Origin: an uncultured bacterium
GTDB taxonomy: Bacteria > Patescibacteriota > Minisyncoccia > UBA6257 > 2-01-FULL-56-20
DNA length: 64,000 nt
Assembly: GCA_963719425.1 (NCBI GenBank)
Contig: OY970382.1
Coordinates: 586,880-650,879, forward strand
Direction of reading: 5' to 3'
The notes under the pieces were generated by a model, which did not search any database, was not told the DNA's origin, and saw only the letters and a list, made by a program, of their open reading frames with translations. The position numbers and the translations under genes were made by a program. Every line of letters begins with the position of its first letter. Positions within the stretch are counted from its first letter, which is position 1. Positions 46,053 through 55,365 of this stretch are shown here, piece by piece.

Positions 46053-47513
46053 CTAATAAGCCGCGGTCACCGTCCGATGATACGGCTTTTCGTGCTTGCT
46101 CTTGTCTTGCCCCATGAGCCAGAGGTGATCATTGATGCCAATAGGCATGACTCGCTTGCCGATCTTTTCGAGTTCCTGTCGGATGAATTCAATCGCCCAG
46201 ATAGTGTTTGCGCGGATATCGATCTCTTCCTGTTCGCCGTGGATCAGAGGAGTTTTGCTGTCCACCTTCTCCGCCAGACTTTTTGTATACGAGATAATAC
46301 CCAGCGTCCTCAACGACTGTGGAAGCTTGTAATCAGCGCATGCGGTGAGTCGCTCGGCGTTCGTGAGATTACCGTAGCCCTTCCTATCGAAAAGTTGGTA
46401 GATGTCGGCGACCAAGAGCTGCGCTCGCTTGTAAAATTCAATCTTCTGGCCGTAGAAGATGGCGGTGTCGTCAAATGAGGGAAAGTTCCGGATGATGTGT
46501 CCCAAGAGTTTCACGGCGTCGCCATTGGCTTGTTTCACGAATTCTGTGAAGCTGCCTCCATTGTTTTTCATAAGGTGGGCGGCGACCTCCTTCGTGATTT
46601 TCCATCGCTCTTCAAAGAGCGGAATTTCCACGTTGCCTCCCAAGATTTCTTGATATTCTCTTCTGCTTATCTTCGATCGGTATTTCGCGTCCAGAATCGG
46701 CTTGCCGTTCTCAAGCGCCCGCAGGATGGCGGCCACCATGCCCCATGAACCGTCGTAGCGCTCGCCGCGATATTCTACCATCCACTTCGGATCGCCCCAG
46801 TAGCAGAAGCTCGTGGAGTTGAAGACCAAGAGGAAGTTCAGTTTCTCTTCGTCGCTCAAGTGCGAGAAGCTCAACGGGGAGCCGCTTAGCCAATGTAGAA
46901 CATTGCGATGCTTGAATGTTTTGGCGAATTCGGTGATTTTCTCTCTATCGATTTTTACATACTTCGACTTCTCGACCGCGATCCGGGTCGTTTCCAAAAC
47001 CTTGGGTTCTGCAATGATAAGGAACAGTTTTATGGTCGACTTGAACCCTTCCGTATATTTCTTCGGATTCGCCTGCATGTCCTTCAAAACGTTTTCTGGC
47101 TTTGCCCAGTACACGCTCTTGACCTCGTCCTCTTTGAGCCGCACAGGATTTGCCTTGCAGACGTATACCCTGAACATATGCCTGCTATCGAACGCCTCAC
47201 CGTCGAAGTTCTTACCGACGTCGCGGGCTTGTGTCGAACCTATACTGCGCAGCTGAACGCCCGCGACGCCAAGCTCTTCTTCCAATTCGCGCTTGGCCGC
47301 AACGAAGTATTCCTCTCCGGCATCTACGTGGCCCGCCGACGAATGATCAAGATGGCCGTCTTTCGCCCGCTCGTTCACGAGAATTTCTCCTTTGTCGTTC
47401 ACGAGGTAAATGACGGCGACCCGATGGAGCAGTCCTTCTTTATGCGCCTTCCGGCGCGTTACCTCACCAATCACATTGTCGCGGTCGTCGACCCAGATGA
47501 CATTATTGTTCAT
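46053..47513 (-). CDS. Fusion: NUDIX (IDI-like) domain + queuosine-salvage (DUF2419/QNG1-like) N-glycosylase domain
   Basis: SAGHVDAGE...AKRELEEELG; then FCYW, FYKRAQLLVADIY, LTACADYKLPQ, EIDIRA, DHLW, HRTVTAAY. Confidence 0.85.
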   Translation of the reverse strand: MNNNVIWVDDRDNVIGEVTRRKAHKEGLLHRVAVIYLVNDKGEILVNERAKDGHLDHSSAGHVDAGEEYFVAAKRELEEELGVAGVQLRSIGSTQARDVGKNFDGEAFDSRHMFRVYVCKANPVRLKEDEVKSVYWAKPENVLKDMQANPKKYTEGFKSTIKLFLIIAEPKVLETTRIAVEKSKYVKIDREKITEFAKTFKHRNVLHWLSGSPLSFSHLSDEEKLNFLLVFNSTSFCYWGDPKWMVEYRGERYDGSWGMVAAILRALENGKPILDAKYRSKISRREYQEILGGNVEIPLFEERWKITKEVAAHLMKNNGGSFTEFVKQANGDAVKLLGHIIRNFPSFDDTAIFYGQKIEFYKRAQLLVADIYQLFDRKGYGNLTNAERLTACADYKLPQSLRTLGIISYTKSLAEKVDSKTPLIHGEQEEIDIRANTIWAIEFIRQELEKIGKRVMPIGINDHLWLMGQDKSKHEKPYHRTVTAAY

Positions 47514-48261
47514 ATTTATTCTTGAGATACTTATCCACGAATTTTCCGACTTCTTCGTTTACTTGCTTGATTACTTCTGGATGATAGCGATAATCATGAT
47601 CGCAATCCACTTTCACTACAATTTTCGGCTCTGGCACTTCGGCAAATAATTTTTCAGCTATTTCGGTTGGGGTAAATTCGTCTTGTGTTCCATAGATTAA
47701 AAGCTTCGGTTTCGTGAGGGTTCTTAAAATTTCTCCCGCATTGTATTGTTTACCATCCTCCCAATAAGCGATCGGCAGCTTGAATTCCTTCCGCTCTTTC
47801 GTTATAGAAGTTCCGGGTGGCAAATCCCTGCGCGATAACTTATACCCTTGTTTAGCTGCATCTTCGCCCGGGGCAGTAGGTTCGCCAAAATTCGCCATGA
47901 TTGGTACGAGGCCGACCACAGCAGGATTTGAGCTTGCGAATATCGCCGTGGCCGCCCCTCGGCTGTGACCGATTAACAGAGTTGGCCTGTTCCCGAAATA
48001 TTCAATCAGTTCATTAACGGCCTTGATGTAATTCGTGGTGGTATATAAATCGATGCTACCCGGGCTTTCCCATGTGCCCGGCGGGTCAAACGCTACCGCA
48101 TAAAAACCTCGTTCAGCGAGATAATCCGCATGGCTTGGAAAACATGCGTAATCTTTGGTGTCCAGTCGGCCGGGCAAAATCAACGCTAACTTCTTCGCAC
48201 TTCGATCACCTCGCGAAAGCACTGCAAGTTCAAACGATTTTGTTTTGATGACATCTCCCAT
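47503..48261 (-). CDS. Alpha/beta hydrolase
   Basis: IGHSRG nucleophile elbow, G..DE, H. Confidence 0.85.
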   Translation of the reverse strand: MGDVIKTKSFELAVLSRGDRSAKKLALILPGRLDTKDYACFPSHADYLAERGFYAVAFDPPGTWESPGSIDLYTTTNYIKAVNELIEYFGNRPTLLIGHSRGAATAIFASSNPAVVGLVPIMANFGEPTAPGEDAAKQGYKLSRRDLPPGTSITKERKEFKLPIAYWEDGKQYNAGEILRTLTKPKLLIYGTQDEFTPTEIAEKLFAEVPEPKIVVKVDCDHDYRYHPEVIKQVNEEVGKFVDKYLKNKYEQ

Positions 48262-48262
48262 A

Positions 48263-48709
48263 TTATTGTCCCCAATCGATGAGTTCAGTAAACCGCAGAT
48301 AGAAGCCAAATGGATCCTCGACCCTGAAATCACGCCAGAGCGTATCGCCATCTTTCTTATCCATGACGGGTTGTTTGATGTGATCTTTTATCTTTGGCTC
48401 TATCTCGCCATAGAACTCATTAATGCGTGTAATGGGAATTGTCACCTCGGTTGCATACCCGCGCTTTGTATCTTTGGGAAAATTCTTGAAGTAGGATTGG
48501 TCGTAAACTTTCTCGCTGCCGCCATAAAAATTAAGGATTGTATCACCTTCGACAGCGCGCCGTTTTAGCACGAGGTAACCGGACTCTGTCGCGGTAATTG
48601 GGTTCTCCATAATTGGCGTGAAGCCAAGGAGACCGTAAAACTTTTTTGCGACATCGAAGTCTGGGACATGAAGCTCGATAATGAGGTTGTTCCGTATGGG
48701 GTTTGTCAT
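48263..48709 (-). CDS. VOC/glyoxalase family protein
   Basis: ELHVPDF..AKKFY..LGF ... DFRVEDPFGFYLRF. Confidence 0.85.
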   Translation of the reverse strand: MTNPIRNNLIIELHVPDFDVAKKFYGLLGFTPIMENPITATESGYLVLKRRAVEGDTILNFYGGSEKVYDQSYFKNFPKDTKRGYATEVTIPITRINEFYGEIEPKIKDHIKQPVMDKKDGDTLWRDFRVEDPFGFYLRFTELIDWGQ

Positions 48710-48741
48710 TTTCAAAAGCAGCAACGATTGCGTTATCGTCT

Positions 48742-49350
48742 TTAAGTATCAGCTTTAATCAACTTAACGATTTCAGGAAACTTCGGCACATTAAAATGTC
48801 CGTTCTTGCTCTTATACACAACAATGTGCGCGTTCTTTAGTTTCTTCCTATATTTTTCGGCCTGGGAAACGGGTACTATATCGTCATCCTTGGAAAAAAG
48901 GAGGTGGAGATTTCTACAATTCTTCTCAATCAACGAGAGATTTACCTTCAGCTTAAAGCCGCCAACCAGATCCTCCTCGGGTAAGGTGTTGTCGAATGGC
49001 GGGCAGACTAAATATGCTGCCAAGGCCTTCCTGGGCAATTTGTTTTCAGAGAGATATTTTGCGAGAAAAACCCCACCAAGCGAAGAACCTATCAAGATAA
49101 AGTTGCTCCCCAAAATGGGGACATACCGCTCAAAGATAATTTTCCAATCTCGATATTTCGCGTTGTCTTGCAGGGGCATACGCGGCGCAATGATCTCGAA
49201 TTTCCTGCCCAGGCTTTTTTCGAGATAGTCGCCAGCCCAATACACTTTTTTCTTCGCCGAAATTTTTTTAGTTCTGAGGTAACGAAGATAATCCTTCTCG
49301 CTTTTGAAGGTCATTCCACCGTGCACTGTTAAAATTCGGATCTTTTTCAT
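48742..49350 (-). CDS. RBBP9/YdeN-like alpha/beta hydrolase
   Basis: VHGG, IGSSLGG, SKDDDIVP, GHF. Confidence 0.85.
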   Translation of the reverse strand: MKKIRILTVHGGMTFKSEKDYLRYLRTKKISAKKKVYWAGDYLEKSLGRKFEIIAPRMPLQDNAKYRDWKIIFERYVPILGSNFILIGSSLGGVFLAKYLSENKLPRKALAAYLVCPPFDNTLPEEDLVGGFKLKVNLSLIEKNCRNLHLLFSKDDDIVPVSQAEKYRKKLKNAHIVVYKSKNGHFNVPKFPEIVKLIKADT

Positions 49351-49367
49351 ATTTGTAGTAACGCAGT

Positions 49368-50381
49368 TTAAATTTCTAAAACGATTTTCCCCATCTGTTT
49401 ACTTTCTTCCATCCGCCGCTGAGCTTCCGCGGCCTCTTTGAGCGGAAAAACTTTATCAACCACTGGCTTTAACTTGCCATCGTTAAAAAGTGAAACCACT
49501 TTTTCAAATTCTGTTTTCGTGCCCATGCGTGCGCCCAAAATCGTAAGTTGGCGGTAATATATTTCGCTTAAATCCTGCGTTCCCATATCTCCGCTCGTCG
49601 TCCCTGCGATGACGACCCGGCCATACGGACGAAGCATCATCAAGCTCGTTTCCCAAGTCTTCGCGCCGACGCTCTCGAAGACCGCGTCAACGCCGCGCCC
49701 ATTTGTCAGCCGCCTTACAGAATCTTCTACGCTCCCTTTGGTATAAATAACAACTTCACTCGCACCGTTTTCTTTGAACCTCTTTGCATCTTCCTCTGAT
49801 TTTGCTGCCGCGATGATTTTTGCACCGAGATATTTTGCAACTTGCATGCCAGCGGAGCCCAATCCGCCAGAAGCGCCCCAGATAAAAACAGTTTCTCCTT
49901 TTTGGAGATTTGCCCGGCTGGTAAGCATATGCCAAGCAGTAAGAAAGGTGAGCGGAAATGCCGCGGCTTCGGGGAAAGAAAGATTCTTGGGCTTTGGATA
50001 GAGTTGCCCAATGGGGATGGTAACGTACTCGGCGTACCCCCCTTGAGTTTTATAACCAAAGATCGTAACCAATTCACACGCTAACCCATTTTCACAGGGT
50101 GGACATACACCGCAGGAAATCGCCGGATTTATGATCATCTCGTCTCCGATGTCCAATGAGCTTTTCCCATTGATCTTCTCTATCACTCCGGCAACATCTG
50201 AGCCGGAGATATGAGGCATCGGACCCTCTATTTTCCCTCTCCGCTGTTGGACGTCGAGGTTATTAATCGCACATGCTCGCACTCTCACAAGAGCTTCGCC
50301 TATTTTTGGTTCGGGGGTCGGGACCTCTCCGTATTTCAAGACTTCCGTTCCGCCCGTCTTTTCAAAAAATATCGCCTTCAT
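49368..50381 (-). CDS. Zinc-binding dehydrogenase / quinone oxidoreductase
   Basis: PHISGSD, GGYAEY, GASGGLG, GKIVL. Confidence 0.9.
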   Translation of the reverse strand: MKAIFFEKTGGTEVLKYGEVPTPEPKIGEALVRVRACAINNLDVQQRRGKIEGPMPHISGSDVAGVIEKINGKSSLDIGDEMIINPAISCGVCPPCENGLACELVTIFGYKTQGGYAEYVTIPIGQLYPKPKNLSFPEAAAFPLTFLTAWHMLTSRANLQKGETVFIWGASGGLGSAGMQVAKYLGAKIIAAAKSEEDAKRFKENGASEVVIYTKGSVEDSVRRLTNGRGVDAVFESVGAKTWETSLMMLRPYGRVVIAGTTSGDMGTQDLSEIYYRQLTILGARMGTKTEFEKVVSLFNDGKLKPVVDKVFPLKEAAEAQRRMEESKQMGKIVLEI

Positions 50382-50431
50382 GGTTGAGAAATGTTCTATA
50401 TGAGAAATATAACAGAAAAAACCGCAGAAAA

Positions 50432-51778
50432 CTAACTGTTTTCTTCAATCAAAATCTGCTTGTTCTTCAGCTTCAACCAACTCTTCAGGTTCACAAGCAA
50501 CTCTCGCTTCTCGGTAATGCTGCCCTCTTTGAGGAGATATTTTGCGTAGGTCTTGAAATCGATATCCTCAGCTTCTTTCTTTATCTTTTGCTCGATTTTG
50601 TCGATGCCAAACATGGCTCGTTTGAAGTGCTTATAGCGCTCAATCTCTTCCTCAAATTTCTTTTTAACGCCGATCTCATTCATATCAATCTGGTCCATAA
50701 GCTTCACGAGTTGCGCGATAAGATCCTCTTCCCGGATCGCCCCGCCCTTGCAGTGCAAATCGCGGCTCCGTGTGCAGGCATAATAGACGTAACGATGTAC
50801 GTTGCCATTCTTCTGCTTCTTGAACTTCTCATCGGCCGTGATGCCCGATCCGCACTCGGCGCATTTGATGAGCTTCGTGAAAGCGAACTCTTTTGATTCC
50901 CGCTGGATATGATCGCGCTTCAATTGTTCCTGCACTTTGTCGAAGAGATCCCGTGAGACGAGCGGCTCGTGTTTCCCGTTGTACCAGTTACCGCTTTTCT
51001 GGGGATATTCGAAGACGCCGTAATAAAAAGTGTTTTGTAAGATCACGTAGATATTTCCGAGCGATAAATGATGGTTGCTCTTCGTCCGGAAGTTCAGCTC
51101 GAATTTGAGCCAGTGGAAAAGCTTTCTCCCAGACCAGCGATCAAATGCCACTTTCTCAAACATCTTTTTGATCACAGGCGCTCGCTCGGCGTCGATGATA
51201 ACTTGGCATTTCCGCTCGGCAAGCCGCTGCGTGAGGTAGCCTGTTGGCGGGGTCGTTGGCCACAATCCCATCTCGCATCGTGCCCGCTGACCTCGCCTGA
51301 TATTCACCCCTCGGTTATCGTTCTCGAGTTTCGCCTGCGAACACAGGATCATAAGAAGGAATTTCTCATTCGGCGAATTCGAGAAATGCTGGCCATACGT
51401 CCGTATCTCGAGCAATAGTTTTTGATCCATCAGATCAACGAGCGAACCGAGGTCGCCCGCGTTCCTGCTTAACCGATCCGGCGCCCACGTGAGGATGCCG
51501 TTGAACTTGCCCATACGAAGATCATTAATCATCTCGTTGAAGATCGGCCGCTGCCCGGTCGCTTTCGCCGAGTGGCTCTCCCGCTTCATCTCCACAATCT
51601 CCAAATTCTCACGTTCTGCGATCTGAAGCATCTCCTTAATTTGCGAGTCGATGGAAAGGATCTGACGCTCCTCCGATTCAGTGCTTTTTCTTGCGTAGAG
51701 GCAGTATTTGACCTTTATGGGAATCTCCACTGTTGGCTGGATCCCGACTCCCCGGGGATCCGTTGTTTTTGCGGTCAT
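50432..51778 (-). CDS. Large serine recombinase
   Basis: YARKSTE catalytic Ser, DRLSRN, recombinase domain, CAECG zinc ribbon, YYAC. Confidence 0.93.
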   Translation of the reverse strand: MTAKTTDPRGVGIQPTVEIPIKVKYCLYARKSTESEERQILSIDSQIKEMLQIAERENLEIVEMKRESHSAKATGQRPIFNEMINDLRMGKFNGILTWAPDRLSRNAGDLGSLVDLMDQKLLLEIRTYGQHFSNSPNEKFLLMILCSQAKLENDNRGVNIRRGQRARCEMGLWPTTPPTGYLTQRLAERKCQVIIDAERAPVIKKMFEKVAFDRWSGRKLFHWLKFELNFRTKSNHHLSLGNIYVILQNTFYYGVFEYPQKSGNWYNGKHEPLVSRDLFDKVQEQLKRDHIQRESKEFAFTKLIKCAECGSGITADEKFKKQKNGNVHRYVYYACTRSRDLHCKGGAIREEDLIAQLVKLMDQIDMNEIGVKKKFEEEIERYKHFKRAMFGIDKIEQKIKKEAEDIDFKTYAKYLLKEGSITEKRELLVNLKSWLKLKNKQILIEENS

Positions 51779-51938
51779 ACCACAAGGGATGACGCAACGG
51801 CGGGTGGAGTCCAGGGCTCGCTACAAGGCGACGAAGAGACGAATGATGCAAGGAGCGACCAAACCATTGTTGTGCTTCTACGATTGACGGTCTCTGCGTG
51901 TGGGGCTTATGATTCGCGTAAACAAGATTAGTATCTAT

Positions 51939-52409
51939 ATGGCCGCTAAATCCAAAGTGGAACTCGTAAAGGAGGTCCGAAGTAAAATAGAATTTTCTAT
52001 CGTGGTGGCGATCTTCTTTTCGTCCCTGTTTTATATGGCGAGCAAAGCGAGCGGATCAAGTGATATCCAATCCAACAGCAACGGTTTGATCTGGGGCATC
52101 GCCGTCGCGGTCCACATTTTAAATTATCTCCTGATCGATCTGTTGGGCGGAGAGATAAAGAAAAACTGGTTCGCCTGGATTCGGGCGTCCCTCGTCCTTG
52201 GCATCCTCGCATTCGTTCCGGCCATTATCATCACGGTTGTGTATTACAACAAGGCCCTGCCTGTGGGATATGCCCTTACTTTTGAGGCCTCATTGATTGC
52301 GGCGCTCGCGATGCCAGTCCTGACATTTTTCCTCATCTGCGGGCACCTCGATTGGATGGCGATCAAGGGTTTCTGGAAAATGATACGTGATACATTTAGC
52401 AAGCAGTAA
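51939..52409 (+). CDS. Hypothetical 4-TM membrane protein
   Basis: Four hydrophobic segments; ends at a bidirectional terminator. Confidence 0.65.
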   Translation: MAAKSKVELVKEVRSKIEFSIVVAIFFSSLFYMASKASGSSDIQSNSNGLIWGIAVAVHILNYLLIDLLGGEIKKNWFAWIRASLVLGILAFVPAIIITVVYYNKALPVGYALTFEASLIAALAMPVLTFFLICGHLDWMAIKGFWKMIRDTFSKQ

Positions 52410-52414
52410 TCCGC

Positions 52415-52449
52415 AATCAAAAATCCTCCGTCGTGGAGGATTTTTGATT
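52415..52449. terminator. Bidirectional intrinsic terminator
   Basis: AATCAAAAATCCTCC-GTCGT-GGAGGATTTTTGATT between convergent genes. Confidence 0.85.
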
Positions 52450-52465
52450 CTCATCGGTTCGGTTG

Positions 52466-53263
52466 TTACAGCTTGTATTGCGGTATATCCCCGTACTGCG
52501 GATTTCCTGCCTCAATGGCGTTTTCCGCTTGCCGTAAGTTGCTTGCCAACACCGTACAACCAACATATGAATTGGCACGCTCCGCGCTTGGCATCGTGTC
52601 GAACTCTTCCCTGATGAACGCGCAGAGGTGAATGTCGTTCTGAACCGTTGCGAGGCCGCCCCAATTGATCTTTGTATACAGCGGTCGATCCACCACGTAC
52701 GACATGAGCAAGCTGCTTGTCGAGTTGCCGTACTGGTCGGTCGTCTGTCCGTAGAAGGCGACGAGCACGTCGTAGAAGTTCGGATCAATCGGGAAGACGT
52801 TTTGGAATATCCCGGCAGCAAGTTGTCCGCTGCCAGTGATAAATGAATCTTCATTGAACGTTTCGCCCGTATTGATGTCGACCGTAACATACTCCGATCC
52901 CTTCGGCTTGTTCGAATCGTCGCTTTCGATGTTTGCATCTTTATACGATACCTGCATCGATGTTTGCTGTAGTTGCGCCTTCACCGCGTCATCCAATTTC
53001 TGTTGCGCCGTTTCCGGTACGGCAGTTTGTGCCGGTGCGGCTGCCGTCTGATTTATTGAGGGGGTAGATGCTGGCGCATTGTCCGTCGGCGTAATCGAAA
53101 CGCCGATAACAAAGAGAACGATGGTCGCAATGCCAAACGTCCAGCCAATCTTTTTTCTCGTGGCGTTGCCTTTGAAGACCTTATTAAAGTAAGGCGGCTT
53201 GATAAGCCCAACGACAAGCGCGACAAGCGACAGAAATGCTAGCACTCCGAATAATGGTCCCAT
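52466..53263 (-). CDS. Membrane-anchored extracytoplasmic protein
   Basis: Two N-terminal TMs (GLIKP), Ala/Pro/Thr linker, domain with TTDQYGN motif. Confidence 0.7.
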   Translation of the reverse strand: MGPLFGVLAFLSLVALVVGLIKPPYFNKVFKGNATRKKIGWTFGIATIVLFVIGVSITPTDNAPASTPSINQTAAAPAQTAVPETAQQKLDDAVKAQLQQTSMQVSYKDANIESDDSNKPKGSEYVTVDINTGETFNEDSFITGSGQLAAGIFQNVFPIDPNFYDVLVAFYGQTTDQYGNSTSSLLMSYVVDRPLYTKINWGGLATVQNDIHLCAFIREEFDTMPSAERANSYVGCTVLASNLRQAENAIEAGNPQYGDIPQYKL

Positions 53264-53313
53264 GGTTTTGCTGATTTTCGTTTCGACCTTTGCGGAGCGG
53301 CCTGTTTGCCCTC

Positions 53314-53541
53314 CAACAACATGAATGACGCAACGGCCATGGAAGTCCAGCGTCCACGAAGGCCCAAAAACTCTGAACCCCGTGTCAGCTAGGCCTTGCG
53401 GCCCCATACCGGTTTCCCGATATGGCCCAATCACGAGTCGCTGAACGCGGGGTTCAGAATTCGTGATTGGGTCTTACGAGCCATGCCGAGCAAGACGCTT
53501 GGTTTAGACTCAGGGGCTTGCGCCCCACTATTCAGTTGTTG
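53314..53541 (-). ncRNA. Candidate ~230-nt structured RNA/leader
   Basis: Own promoter TTGAAA-18-TATCAT (53576-53547), nested stems, three GNRA tetraloop hairpins on minus strand. Confidence 0.55.
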
Positions 53542-53564
53542 CCTTTATGATAGCGCTTTTAATG

Positions 53565-55365
53565 TTATTTTTTCAAGAAGTCACCTCGCGCGAAACCCTC
53601 AAAGAAATCGTCCCAGCCCCCTCCCGACGAACCGTGAGAAGACCCGCCGCCGTTCTCGTCCGACCAGCCGAGGCGCGGGGAACCGCCTCCCGACGAGAAG
53701 CGTATGCCCGACGATCCTCCACCAGAGGGTCCACCAGAATCATCGTTCCACGACGGGTTTCTCTCGTACAATCGCTCAGCCGCATCCGAGAGTATGCTAT
53801 GCAGCCGCTCGCTGTTCATTGGCCCGTCGTCAATGAGCGGCGTGAAAGAAGGACGCGAGGAAGGGCCGAGATCGATCCAATGAATGGCGGGCAACGTGCC
53901 GTCATCAACGTAGCCCTCAATGATCTGCCGGACGGCGGTCGTGAAGGCGTCGACCAGATCATCGAAGCGCTCCGTACCGAAGCCGGTGAGCTGCCGGATG
54001 AGCTCTTCGGCTCCGTAACGTGGGAATAAAACCTTTCCCGCGTAGAGGAGATCCGTGCACGACGCGAGGCGCGACCGCTTGTCCGTCGTCACGTGGATGC
54101 CCTTGACCTTGTCGTCGTGGATGCCGTCGCTTTTCAATTGGTCCACCGCCGCCTGCTGGAACTGGTTGTTCTCGATGTCGATCTCCGTGTGGCCGCGCTG
54201 TGCAAGCGTGCGATAGAGTTCCTTCATCTTTGCAATCGTGGCCGGAAAATCCATCCGGTCGTTCACGATGTTTGGTAGCACGTAGGCGGTGAATTCTTTG
54301 CCGTAGCCGGACACGAGGATCGGCACCATGGCCGTTTTATCGGCGGTTTCTTTTTGCGAAATCGCCAAGTCCGTGCCGATGTGCGTCGCGCGATAGTGCT
54401 CGATCTCAGGAAGCTCGTCGTAGTAGTGAATCATCTCATTGCGCACCACCTGATCTTCGTCGGGCACGATGTTCAAGAGGTATTCCCTCTGCCATGCAAT
54501 CTCGTTGCCGACCCGCAGGCGTTCTTTGATCACGTCCTTGATGCCCGCGTATTTGCCGGGCCAGAGTACCGTGTCGTTCTCGGCGATCAGTGGGTACCGC
54601 TTGTAGGCGCCAGAGCGCTTGCCCTCGTCAATCTCCCGGATGAGCCGCATGAGCAAAGAGTCGTCATGCAAGAGATTCCCGATCACAATAAACCGCGTGG
54701 TCTTGTCGCCCAAAGGAAAGATGTCGCGCGTCACCCATTCGTAGGTGGCGTTTCTCGTTTCCTGCGTGCGCACGCTCGCAACATCCTCACAGTCGTCCAA
54801 AATGCAGAGGTCGGGCCGGAACGCGCCGTGTTTGATACCGCGCACGCTCTGCTCGGCGCTCGCCGCCGTGATCCTCGCGTTGTAATTCGGGATCACGAGC
54901 GAGAAGGAATTCCAGTCGTCCTCCTCGCGGAAGGGACCGAGGTCGTTCCTCAAAAGCGGATTGCCGTCCAGCTGGTCCTTGATGTTCCGGAGGTACTGCT
55001 TCGCCTGCGCGAGCGTCTTCCCGAAGATGACGACGTGTTTTTTCTTCTGCTTGCCCGTGACAGCCCAGATTGGATAAAGCTCCGCGAATAGGGTCGTCTT
55101 GCCGCTGCCCCCTGAACGCCATAACAATGGCAAGGTCGGCCGAGTCCGACTCTATGATCTGGTGCATTTCGTAGTGCATGGGCGCGGGCGCGTAGGTCAT
55201 CCGGTCCGGGAAGTAGCACGGCACGAACCAGCTGAAGCTCTGGCCCGTGACGGCGACCCGAAAGTCACGGTCAACGAGCATCCGCTCCAGTATCTTCTTG
55301 ATCTCATCCGCGTTTCCGGCTCCGTACGCCGGTATATTACTATTGTTGTTTTGATTCTGTTCCAT
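53565..55365 (-). pseudogene. terL: Phage terminase large subunit, one-base frameshift in Walker A
   Basis: ORF 55365 reads ...IVMAFRG and ORF 55133 continues GSGKTT; ILDD Walker B, GTDLA, DKRSR, DDLVDA nuclease motifs; one extra G in the G5 run at 55108-55112. Confidence 0.8.

Noticed and set aside
53270-53315. c-di-GMP-I riboswitch-like words GGGCAAAC...CGCAAAG on the minus strand
   Set aside because: Spacing leaves no proper P2 stem with tetraloop and no P3 follows; likely coincidence
55095-55125. Programmed ribosomal frameshift in terL
   Set aside because: No canonical slippery heptamer or evident stimulator; mutation or sequencing error is more parsimonious
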